NCBI GenBank assembly: GCA_011109175.1 | Contig: RDEW01000012.1 | Coordinates: forward strand, 202,038-266,037 | DNA length: 64,000 bases | DNA from: Dicyema japonicum | Taxonomy: Eukaryota; Animalia; Dicyemida | Reading direction: 5' to 3' | Shown: positions 1-19,850 of the stretch, piece after piece | How positions within the stretch are numbered: the first letter of the stretch is position 1 | Layout: the number at the start of each line of letters is the position of its first letter | Notes under the pieces: model-generated | Told to the model about the DNA's origin: nothing | What the model saw: only the letters and a program-made list of their open reading frames with translations | The model's database searches: none | Program-made: the position numbers and the translations under genes

Positions 1-800
<800 letters not shown>

Positions 801-1236
801 CTATGTTCTTTTTTGATTATTTTTGGTTTTATCTTTGTAATATTTCATTAAATTTTTGTTATCACAATTTACTCCTGCATTGTCAAACACAGTGGAGTCG
901 TTGATACTTTTTTACATTATATGGCTATGCCAAAAAACTTACCAAATATTAAAGAAAACTCGACAATATAAAGTCGATGGAAAATAACTTCTTTAATATT
1001 GAGTGATCGTCAACTTTGTGAATGGGAATATTTCCCCCAATCTTTCTTACTGTATAAGTATGTTTTTTAGAGATTAAGGTTACTCCTCTGGACAATTTAA
1101 GGTTAGTTGAAATAAAAACACTTTACAACTATTGGTTGCTGAACTATAGCTAATTCATAAGATCAATGATTTTGTTAATAATCTTGGGTGACTTATTAGA
1201 AAGTACACGAAAATAAAACAATTTATTTTGTGCATA

Positions 1237-2018
1237 CTGTCGGACCTTGATTTAAAACACAAAGTGTCCCAAAAACCGAGGTTCTGTCAAAAAATTAACA
1301 ACAATATAAATTTAATAATTTAATTAATGCAAGAAAGTCTCAACCATTATTTATTTAAAAATAATCATCAATTATATTTCCATATCCATAGTTTTTCTTC
1401 AGACTACTGAATAATTTTGTTGAAGTATTGTTCCAATGCTCGTTTCATATTTCCGAGCAAGTACTCTGTGAATGATTTTTAAGGATTAGTCGAGCAATTT
1501 CAACTTTTTCTCGTAACTTAAAAAAATTAAAATTATTTTCAAAGACCAAGGGTAACCAAACTAACTAACTCCTCGATTCTGACTCGTTCCGAGCATTCCA
1601 GAACTTGTCACCAGGTAACGAAGTTGTCATCGGGAAAGAATTGTTGAATCCTTTTGATGCCGGATAGGAATTGGCGTCCTCAGTAAAGTAAATCCAGTAA
1701 AGCCATCGGAAGGAATGAAAATAATTTTGACAACATGGCGCCACGCACCAATGACAACAATCGTAACTAATATTCATAATGATTTAGTGTGGAGTTTTTT
1801 TTATTTAAAAATAATTAATTTTTTTAATGACTAGAAATAAAAAAAATAGTAATAAATTCAGTTCCAAATCGAGGTTTTCATTCAAAAGGAATAAAAAAAC
1901 AGTAATAAATTCAGTTCCAAATCAAAGTGTTTCAGTATTTTTGGCAAAGATTCTACAAAGTATTCCAAAAACTGAGGTGTTCCAGCCACGAGGTCCGTTC
2001 CAAATCGAGGTCGGACTG
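1237..2018 (-). mobile_element. Decayed pogo/Tigger-like (Tc1-mariner superfamily) DNA transposon
   Basis: Imperfect TIRs (CTGTCGGACCTTGATTT at 1237; right end reverse-complements to CAGTCCGACCTCGATTT), each flanked by TA. Minus-strand remnant KLREKVEIARLILKNHSQ at about 1470-1530 resembles a CENP-B/psq HTH. Subterminal GTTCCAAATCGAGG repeats, and a ~52-bp tandem duplication at about 1838-1930. Confidence 0.7.
1555..1775 (-). mobile_element. SINE-like insertion nested in the pogo element
   Basis: GC-richer block sharing GCGTGGCGCCATGT and CCGGCA..AAAAGGAT motifs with the SINE at 41445-41760. Ends in TTAGTTAG like the element at 41940-42160. Confidence 0.45.
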
Positions 2019-2219
2019 TATCCAGGTTGATATTCTCACGAAAACACTTGAAAACATGTTTGTAGAGTATAAACACAAATTTAATTACTAAATTCTTAAT
2101 GTGGGAAAAGGAAGGTTTTTTTTGATGCATGAAAATGAATTGAGGCTACAAAGGAAAATTTAGTTAGTTAAATGTACTTAAGATCCTACAACTTGGAGAA
2201 AAGTTCTTTTTTAAACAAA

Positions 2220-2960
2220 TGAGTGTTAGTATCCAGAATGGATGACCTTAAAAATGAATTAAATCAACATCGTCTGGCTTGTTTGGTGTCAGGTTCAAGT
2301 GGAGGGAGTGGAGCATGGCTTGGTGCAATACCTAGGGACTCTTTTGGACCACTAATCTTTGATAAATGGAATCGGACAAAGGCTAGGACTAGACGTTTGC
2401 CAAGAGCACCGATGCCGATGCGGGAAAATAGTCGATGTGAAGGGATTGCACACGCTGTCCAGCAGAAAGCGCCGGCAAAGGATCACGCCACGCTGCTCTG
2501 AAAGATGTGATCGTCAGAACTCTGAAGGCTACAGGCTTCCCATCACAGCTTGAACCCGTGGGTCTCGATCGAGGAGATGGAAAGAGACCTGACGGGATGA
2601 CCCTTTTCCTTTACACATCTGGAAGATCTTTGGTTTGGAACGCAACTTGTGTTGATGCGTATTCAAGCACGAACCTCCTTAAATCGGTTCAGACACCTGG
2701 ATAGCTGCTTCAATTGCGGAAAACCTAAAAATCAAAAAAATATTCTTGCCTCGGGGACCGGTTCCGCTTTACTCCTGTTGCGGTCGAGGCATCAGGAGCC
2801 GTTGGTCCAATGACAGCTGAGTTTTTGCGCGAACTTGGAGGAATGCTTGCAAAAAAAGAGATCAACTAGAAGGGCTAAGACAAAGGATTGGAGTGGCCAT
2901 ACTCCGAAGGACCTTATTATTCGCAATCCACGCAGCAGGCTTCTTCAATTAATATTTGTT
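2220..2960 (+). mobile_element. 5'-truncated CRE-clade non-LTR retrotransposon (restriction-like endonuclease region)
   Basis: Across frameshifts: SGAWLGAIP, CRCGKIVDVKGLHTLS...RH, LEPVGLDRGDGKRPDGMTL, LVWNATCVD, FTPVAVEASG. These are the CCHC plus RLE motifs of CRE elements. Confidence 0.85.
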
Positions 2961-2965
2961 TCTTT

Positions 2966-5900
2966 TTTATATCGCGTGTTGTTGTAGTGGACGGACGGTC
3001 GTTGTTGTAATTATGCCTGCTGTGAGAAAAGCGCCTGAAAAGAATGTTCCCACTTCGAAGAAAAAGGTACCAGCCAGTCAACTGAAATGTGTTCGTCCTG
3101 TCGGCTTGTCACAACTCGGAAGCGTGGGATCTCCTGCTATGCTTGTAAAGATTTCTTCCACCTCGGGTGTATCAAGCTATCCCAAGTCGCAGAGAGCGTG
3201 CTTGGAGTATGGCACTGCCAGTCATGCCTCGGCCTATGCAGGGAGGTACCCTGTGCCCGTGCCAATGTTAACTCTCCCTTTAATTACACATCAACCATGG
3301 ATCCTGAAACATTCCTACTTCTCATCTCTGAATTACGTTCTTCGCGGACTATCCCTGTGAGGACTCCAAGGCCGTACGACCTGTTGCTGCGGAGGCCTTT
3401 TCCAAAACGATCGAAGATGCCCTCCGGACTAACGCAGTACATGATTGGATGCGCTTATTCAGTTTTGCGACTCCCGCTGAGACTTGATCGATATGGTCAC
3501 GGAAAGGAGTCTCTCGCTACTACCATGAAGACCAACATTCGGTCTTTTTCGGAGGCATTCATATCCCCAGTTGTCCCATGGCTTCTAACCGTAAGAGGGA
3601 AACACGTGGTCATAACGAGGAAGTCAAAGTGCTCCGTCTCAAGAGAACTATCTGTTAGAAGTTAATCGAAGGTGGCACCCGCGCAGCCATCAGGGCACTT
3701 TCCTCGAGTGGACCACGAAACCGACTCCAGACGCCTACAATATTTTACTGAACAAGCATTCACTGCCACCCAAAACCAATGCCAAGTCCGCTCCCCATCC
3801 GGAGTGAGTCCCCTGATTGCATCAAACGATGAAGTTCTCCTCGCAATGCGGAATTTTGCCTTTACTAGCAGTGGTGGCTCGACAGAATGAGACATGGCTA
3901 CCTGAAGGATCTAACCTCTTTGTCCGTAGGAGACCAGGGACTTCGTCTTACAAATTCAATTACTTCACTTATGAACCGGATCCTGTCAGGATTCTTCCCG
4001 AAGTTATGCGCCATGTCCTGTTTTCTGCCAATTTGATAGCCTTTGATAAGAAGGGAGGCGGAGTACGACCAGTCGGGTCGGGTTTGTCTTCAGAAGACTG
4101 GCTGCTAAAATTGCCTCCAGACATTCTATTCCACTCGTCACAAAATTCTTGAACCCCCTCAAATAGGCGACGATATTCACTTGGGATGCGAAGCCGCTGT
4201 CCATTCAGTGAGGACATTCTTAAACCACAGTATAGAAGATTCCCGGGGACATGTCCTGGTCAAACTAGACATCAAGAACGCCTTTAATAGTCTAAGGAAG
4301 AACAATATCCTAGAGGCGTATATGAAGAGATTCTCTAATATTTTCGAATTTGTGAATCAGCCTACCTTAATCCTTATTTTTCGGAGACTACCTAATCCAT
4401 TCGTATTCCTGAGTGCAACAGGGAGATCCCCTTGAACCCCTGTTGTTTTGTCTTGCAATGGAGAAAATCACCAAACTTCTGTGCTTGCCCCTCAACCTAT
4501 AGCATCTGGATGATGCGGTCATCGGAGGACCCCGGATACTGTTTTCCGGGATTTGGAAGTGATAATTACAGCTTTGTTGGAGGCTGGACTAGAATTAAAT
4601 TACACTAAATGCAAATCTACAATTGCGGACTTTCAGAGAGAAGTATTCAAAAGCTTTGTCATGTTTCAGGAAATTTACTGCCTGGAAGTATTTCCACACC
4701 CTATGAAGAACTTATATTCCTCGGATCCCCGATCACCATAAATGCAATGGGAAGAACTATACGTGAAAAACGACTGTCACTCGGAGAGAATCTGAACCGC
4801 CTGTGTCTACTTGACATGCATACAGCATTATTCCTCCTGAAAAACAGTCTCAACGTACAGAGGCTTGCATATGTCCTGAGGACTGCTCCCTATTTCACCC
4901 TGTATGACCAACTCGCACAGATTAACGAGATCTTCCGTACGACAGCAGAACGTATCTTAAACTTTTGGTTCGAGGATTACTCATGGAAGCAAGCCACGCT
5001 GCCAGTGAGACTGGAGGACTTGGAATTCGGAACCCTGTGGACCTTTCTCTCCCTTCATACCTATCATCGCTAGTGGGCTGTAGCTCCCATGTCAAGAGGA
5101 TTCTACACTCTTTACCAGAATTCTTAATTGACCAAGACATAACCCACGCACGAGAAGCCTGGAATGCCATCTAACCTCCCCCTGCCTCCTTCACAAGACT
5201 GCCAGCGAAACCTGGACAATTTATTGTCATGGAAATCATTTGGACTCTTAATGGAATCAGTCAATCAGCACCGACGCACTTGTTTGCTTTCGGGGGCTTC
5301 CCCTGAGAGCGAAGCTTGGCTAAACGCCATCCCAAATGGAGCTCTGGCCACCTTTCTGGATAATGAATGCGTTAGAAGTGGTATCTCTCTGCGGCTGGGA
5401 CTGAAAGTATGTGTACCTCACCCGTGCCGATGTGGCATCCTGATAGATTGTTATGGCCTGCACCCTCTCGCCTGTAAGAGGAGCGCTGGCAGATCTCCAA
5501 GGCACAAGACTATGAATGAGATTGTCAAGCGGGCTGTGGATGCTGTTGGATACTCGCCCATTCTTGAACCGGTCGGATTATGCAGAAGTGACGGGAAACG
5601 ACCGGACGGGATGACCATATTTCCTTTCGAGGCCGGGAAACCACTTGTTTGGGAAGAGACATGTACAGACACGTTCGTCCCGAACAATCTTCACTAGTCC
5701 GCTTCAAGGGCCTGCTTTGCAGCCGTCAAGGCGGAGAAGGCCAAACTCGAAAAATACGGCAACCTTCCTTATAATGTCCAATTTGTTCCGCTTGCTATGG
5801 AGACTTTCGGATCCTACTTCCTCTCTACACTAAAGTTTTTCGGACGTCTTGGAAACTGGATCACCTCAAGATCTCCGCGAACGCCGCTGGTTGTTTGAGC

Positions 5901-5995
5901 GAATTTCGCTCACGATTCTGAGAGGGGTACAGCCACGCAGTGGAGGGCGGCAGCTAACTAATATTTTGTCCTTATCATTTTTTAATTTTAATTAA
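2966..5995 (+). mobile_element. Near full-length decayed CRE-clade retrotransposon: PHD finger, RT, CCHC, RLE
   Basis: ATG at 3013; C4HC3 PHD at about 3090-3230; KKGGGVRPV; KLDIKNAFN; VQQGDPL; HLDDAVIGG; PCRCG...GLHPLACKRSAGRSPRH; DGKRPDGMTIFPF; stop at 5957 followed by an AT tail. Many frameshifts. Confidence 0.9.
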
Positions 5996-6139
5996 ATAAC
6001 TTTCATCCTCACACATTGTCCTCAGTTATCGAAATCATGCAATAAAGTAACCTGTTCAGTGTTTGAAACGAGTCTTCTGATGTTGAAAGTTTCAATTTTA
6101 AACGGGTAGAATTAGACAGACTGAGAGGTACGATAATAC

Positions 6140-6420
6140 ATATACATTACAACTCTGGGATCACCGAGAAAGAAAGACAGAAATAACCTTTAGTGTTGCT
6201 CATGCTTCCGCATCTACAGCGGTGGGCCATGCAAACGCAAACCCCTATTCTCGTGTCTTCGTCATTTAATAGGGACCCAATGGAGGTGCTCGGGAAGACT
6301 CTGAGCAATTCGTAGTTTTCGTTCGTAGATGCAGAAACTAGAAGACCAGTCGATGCTGGTAAAATTTTGGTTTTATCTCATCAATAGTTTTGGAACATAA
6401 CAGTTCATCCCAGTCTCGTT
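6140..6420 (-). mobile_element. SINE/LINE 3' fragment of the GTGATCC-tail group
   Basis: Minus strand ends TTTCTTTCTCGGTGATCCCAGAGTTGTAATG, like the tails at 22792-22860 and 41700-41760. Confidence 0.5.
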
Positions 6421-6469
6421 GTTTATCAGCGTTCTTTGGGAATCACAGAATTAGACGCATGCAAATTTT

Positions 6470-6560
6470 CTGGACCGCGCATACTGCTGGTTCAGAATGT
6501 GATCTATTTATGTGAAGTAGGTTTTAGCGCATGAGAAAGGTAGAAGTTTAACCGAAGATA
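6470..6560 (+). mobile_element. hAT transposase C-terminal fragment
   Basis: Translates to ILLVQNVIYLCEVGFSA, the hAT dimerisation motif TYLCE.GFS also seen at 17966-18199. Confidence 0.45.
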
Positions 6561-7633
6561 TGAAAAGAGGGAGAGTTCAAGTGCCGAACGGATTGCAACC
6601 CCTCTATAGCGAAGTGGTAATTTGCGTTGGATCCAGTCAATTTATCAAATGAAATATTAAGTGTTTCTTCTACGGCAGCCTTTAGCTTCTCATCGATAAT
6701 TTTTAGAAGGTTCATATTCATGAAACAGGAGGTTGTCCGTATATAACAAAGACTGGGTCTGTGAGACGGAAATTCCTGATGAAAAAAAGAGTAGTTAGGT
6801 TAGACGAAAATAGTTGGAAGATGCCTATTTCTTTTGCAGGAGTGACACACTTATTAAGCTATTTAGGACAAGAATTCGGTCGCGCAAGAATGAGGAAAAC
6901 TTTTCAAGTACTCTTCTGCGCTCGCAAGTTACACATGGATATGAACACATTTTTTTTCATCTTTTAAGAAATTATACTACCGAATTTAATCTATGGATGC
7001 TAAGGGTGGTTCTTTTTTTGAAAAAGTGAAAATTATATCTAAAAAACGAGTAGAGTTCTAATAAAGATGGTCACTGGTAAGAAGAATAGCGATCAGCTAA
7101 GCAAGAAACAAGAATGAGTTCAATTCGAAGCACAGTCGAGGAGAGGATTGATGGCTAAAAAAGAGGTAAAAATCCAATACTCTAAGAGTTAACCAGAAGA
7201 GAAAAGGTTTATCGGGAGAAGTGTCCAAATCATAGACAGGAATAAAAATATGAGCCTTTTTAGCTCCAAAATTCTTCATAATAGAGTTGTTCTGTGTTTT
7301 ATAATGAAATTGATCACACCAACCTTCGAAACGAAATTCGCATTCTCAGAGTTTGTCCGAAAACAAAGGCCATTAATTCAACCCTTGAAACCTGTGAGAC
7401 GTCTTCCGTCGCAGATAGATGGAATGAGAGTTTCTCTATCTGTGGAAGTTCGTGTCCACTTGGCCTAGTTTCACTGTAGAAGACTATGTGAACAAAATGT
7501 AAGAATTGGTTTCTTCGTTATCCCTATTAATTTGATATAGTTTAACCTATATTTAAATGTGAAGATTATACGATAATGCTAATTAGATTATCTTATTAAA
7601 TATTCCAGAAATATAGATTGACGGTATTTTCGT

Positions 7634-8583
7634 ATGACCAAGTTTGGTTTAATAATAATTCTTAGAGTAGACAAAAGCATAAAAAAGATTGTTGACTCTC
7701 AAACAATAGTCAAGTCACGTGCTAAAGTATGCATTGAATCATACAACAAGCACGTTGATAGGAAGTATTGGCTAGAATTAAAAGAGGTTTAGTTAATATA
7801 AATTAGAGAATTCTGATGGACTTGTAATAGAAGGGATTATAAAAATATATTGGGGAATAAAGTCTAAACTTCGTTTGTATTCTGAACCTATTGGTGACCC
7901 AAAGTATTACAGTAATAAATTATTAGTAACAGAACAATAATTAATAAAGAAAACGAAACAAGTGATGGCAAAACAAATAGTAATAATATTACATAGTTAG
8001 AAACTGTTGCCATTGGAAAGAAAATACAGGCATTAATGAGAAAAAAGGATAAAAAAGTATCCCTCAAAAGCAAAATATCAAGTTACGGAGGTCATGTGTT
8101 TGACGCAGAATCATCAATCTTTACACCAACAATGGGAACTGTTACAATAATAGACATTGACAGTAATAAATGCTCATGGCAGATAATAAATAAAATATTT
8201 GACAAATTTAATGTTTATTATAAAATTAATTAAAGATAACAAATGATCAGCACAATTATTCATTATTCCTAAAACATGATAAAAGTAAATTAAATATAAT
8301 TCATAGTCGAAATTGAATTAAATCAGACTGACAGAACATTGATAAAATTCTTAAATACTGTTAAGTATATTGGTGTACCAGAATTATACATTAAGGACAG
8401 AAATAAGGGCATAATACTTAATCCTGAGGTCTTTTTATGATTAAACAAGACATTTGAGTATATGAACTACCCAATTAGTTTTCTCAATGATTTGATAACC
8501 CATTATGACCAAGAAGAACAGGAAACAATTGATAATATTATTCAAAAGTAATTAATTATAATTATTTCAGATATAAAAGGGCT

Positions 8584-8601
<18 letters not shown>
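7634..8601 (+). CDS. RASSF2/4: Ras-association domain family protein (RASSF2/4/6 type), multi-intron
   Basis: Spliced: MTKVDK...ESYNKHVDRKYWLELKE...DGLVIEGIIKIYWGIKSKLRL...GHVFDAESSIFTPTMGTVTIIDIDS...DQEEQETIDNIIQKYKR. This matches the RASSF2 pattern VEGLLNISWGLRRPIRL / GHFYNHKTSVFTPAYGSVT and a SARAH-like end. Confidence 0.85.
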
Positions 8602-17230
<8,629 letters not shown>

Positions 17231-17339
17231 TCAATTTAAATATTTTATGTAAATGTTTTTAAATTTTAAAAGTAATATTTAATAATTTAGTAAATAACAA
17301 ATAATTTAATTTTTGCGGTTTAAGAGACTTACAACATAC

Positions 17340-17455
17340 AACCTTATAAGTTAAGATTTTCTATGTCTTACTTTTTAAATAAAGTGTGTCCTGCCTAAGA
17401 GGGAATGTACGTAATGGAAACATTACTACCCCTTGGCGTAATGGCTAATAAAAAT
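17340..17455 (+). repeat. Retroposon 3' tail shared with the tRNA-SINE at 49699-50017
   Basis: TAAATAAAGTG(TG)TCCTGCCTA also occurs at about 49755-49775 (minus). TAATGG(A/T)AACATTACT..CCTTGGCG also occurs at about 62510-62540 (minus). Confidence 0.55.
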
Positions 17456-17649
17456 GCGGTTTAAACCACTTTTTATCGTTTTTATAACAAATTTAGGGCA
17501 TATGCATTGATCATGTTTTACATTATGTTTTAGGGATCATAAGTAGGTTTGAACATAAAAAATAACTTTTGGATATAAAAAATATCTGTTTCTTGTTACA
17601 AAATACAATTAATGGTTCTTAATTATAATTTCATATCAGGATTCATTCC

Positions 17650-17866
17650 GAGAGGCTAAGGTTGAAACAGACTCACAAGTAAAAATCAATGTTCTGAGGA
17701 TCTTTATTATATACAAGAGGATTTATAAATTATTTTGGATATAAGATGCTGGATACGATCATTAGATGCAAAATCTCTGGATAACCGAGTCTTCTCAATA
17801 TGAACTTGTAGTGATTGCGATTTTCTAATCCCGTGTTTGTCTACGTAAGAAACTTCTACTCGAAGT
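17650..17866 (-). mobile_element. Possible Penelope-like GIY-YIG endonuclease fragment
   Basis: Minus-strand QHLISKIIYKSSC...RSSEH resembles the PLE pattern VIYKI.C...R..EH. Short and decayed. Confidence 0.3.
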
Positions 17867-17874
17867 CCATAGAT

Positions 17875-19632
17875 CAATGGTTCCCAACTGTTTTGAGACC
17901 ACGGAACCCTTATATAGTTTCTAACAATAATCAGTATTTTACTAATATAAAAAATAAAATGCCAGTTAGTGAGATGGTTGAGGCTGATGCCTCTTGCACA
18001 ACTCTGTAATATTTGGCCTTTTCTTTGACAGGGATAAACGCAGGTCTTCTTCCACATACATTGGATTCGCGCGTTTTTTATTCTTTATATTTGTTAATGC
18101 AGAAAATCCACTTTCACAGAGATAAGTCGTTGAAAACTGGACCAAAACTCTTAAAGCATTGTTTGACAGAATAGGATATTTTTTGTGACAATCAGCCAAA
18201 ACAAATCAATATCAAACAGTAAATATTCCATTTTTAACGTTTTGTCAAACAAACGCAAGTTCTTATTCCTTTTTTAATGATAGCTCGTTTCCAGTTATTT
18301 CGTACTCAGCTAAAAAGATTCCTCAACTGATATGGGTAGGAAATAATTATTCGTACATGTAAATAGTGACTCCAAATGGTCTACAATTTGTGGAACAATT
18401 TCTTTAAAATTTCTTTCACATGAGGAAACATTTCCAAGTTTCCATTTTTGTATTTTTTTCAAAAAAGCAGCTATTTTGTCCGCGCAACTCAATAGATTTT
18501 CATTTCTTCCTTGCATGCTGCTATTGAGAACATTGAGTTCATGAAAAATATCGGCGAGGTATGCTAATTTGCAACATCAACATTCATCATTGAGGCATTC
18601 AATAAAGTCATCCAACTTCTCTTGTATATAAAAGCCAACAATTTGTGTCTTAGTTCATAGAAACGAATTAACATGTTTCCCTTTGAGAGCCATCTTACTT
18701 CAGTATGCAAAATCAAAACTGAATGCATTTTCACAAAGTTTCGAGAACTGTCGCAATTTCAACGGCCTCGTTTTGATATAATTAATTATTTTTACAACCA
18801 TGTCCAAAGCACATTTATGTTCATGCCCAATAGTTTTTGCGACCAATGCCTCGCGATTTTATATCATAAAAATATGAATTTATGAGATTGAAAATGCCAT
18901 ATCCCTTTGTTGTTCCGAGCAACTCTTTACATCAAAGAAAATCTTCAACAATGGATTCATCGTTCATATATCGAACGAACACAAGGAATTGCATTCCTTC
19001 TGTAATATCTAAGCTTTCATCGGATTGAAGCGATTTTTTTATTCGCCGAACCAAAGTGGCTTCAATGTCATCAGATATATCCTTGATGCGTCTGCTCACA
19101 GAATTATTAGAAATATGAATTAAGTCGAGCTCAGCGGCAACAATTTCTCAGAACATTATCTTCACTATTTCTTTGCGTGCAGGAGAAATAACAGTTTCGG
19201 CGAGAGTATGCGATTTCATATTTTTAGCGGTAATCTCAGCAACAGCATAACTAGCATGCAGTGCTTTTTCGTTTATTTTTAATTTTTTGTAAAACGGGAT
19301 GCTTGAACTTTATTCTGGTCCAATTTTTACATAAAATATTTTTTTCTTTGAAAGTTCCAGGTGCTTGGTTGAAAAATGACGTCTAAGCTTCGTTGGAGCC
19401 ATATTCGCAAGTTTTTCACCGCAAACAACACAAAGTGGTAGAGGACAATCCATGTCCCCAATCTATGTGAAACCAAAGGCAATATAACTTTCTCGATAAG
19501 ATCTAACTTTAAGATATGCACTGTCACAAGACTCCATTTAGACACGCGCAAATTAAACTAATTCGTTTTGAAAAAAAGAATTAAAAAAATTTTGGAACTT
19601 CGCGGAACCCTTAGATTATTTCGCGGAACATA
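17875..19632 (-). mobile_element. hAT (Buster/Charlie, ZBED5-like) transposon, decayed
   Basis: TIR CAATGGTTCCCAAC at 17875. C-terminus ALRVLVQFSTTYLCESGFSALTNIKNKKR...DLRLSLSKKRPNITELCKRHQPQPSH; MQGRNENLLSCADKI. CGCGGAACCC subterminal repeats at about 19600-19630; that end is cut by an RTE fragment. Confidence 0.9.
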
Positions 19633-19850
19633 AACATCCTAGCTGATGTATGAACACATACACTTGTTATAAAAATCAGTGGTTGAAATTCTACGTGGCC
19701 ACTCCACTCCGAGTAAGCATTTTAGTTGCCTTGTATGGAACGAATCCAGTTTCGATAGTTCCTTAAAGTAACTTCCCCAAGTCCCAGCGTTTACAGTAGG
19801 ATCGGTTTCACAAAGGCATATCATTTCCAAATGGTCTCAATGAGAAGGAT
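19633..19850 (-). mobile_element. RTE-clade LINE fragment
   Basis: NAGTWG...KLDSFHTRQLKCLLGVEWPRRIST, same family as 59952-60494 and 63231-63707. Confidence 0.8.

Noticed and set aside
1838-2010. CRISPR-like or iteron array
   Set aside because: Only a two-unit tandem duplication plus transposon subterminal motifs, with no unique spacers, in a eukaryotic context.
17360-17455. HDV-like ribozyme (possible P1, CC/GG P1.1, GAAA-capped P4, GCTAA, P2)
   Set aside because: P3 cannot form, G1 is mismatched, and the two related copies do not preserve the pseudoknot pairings.
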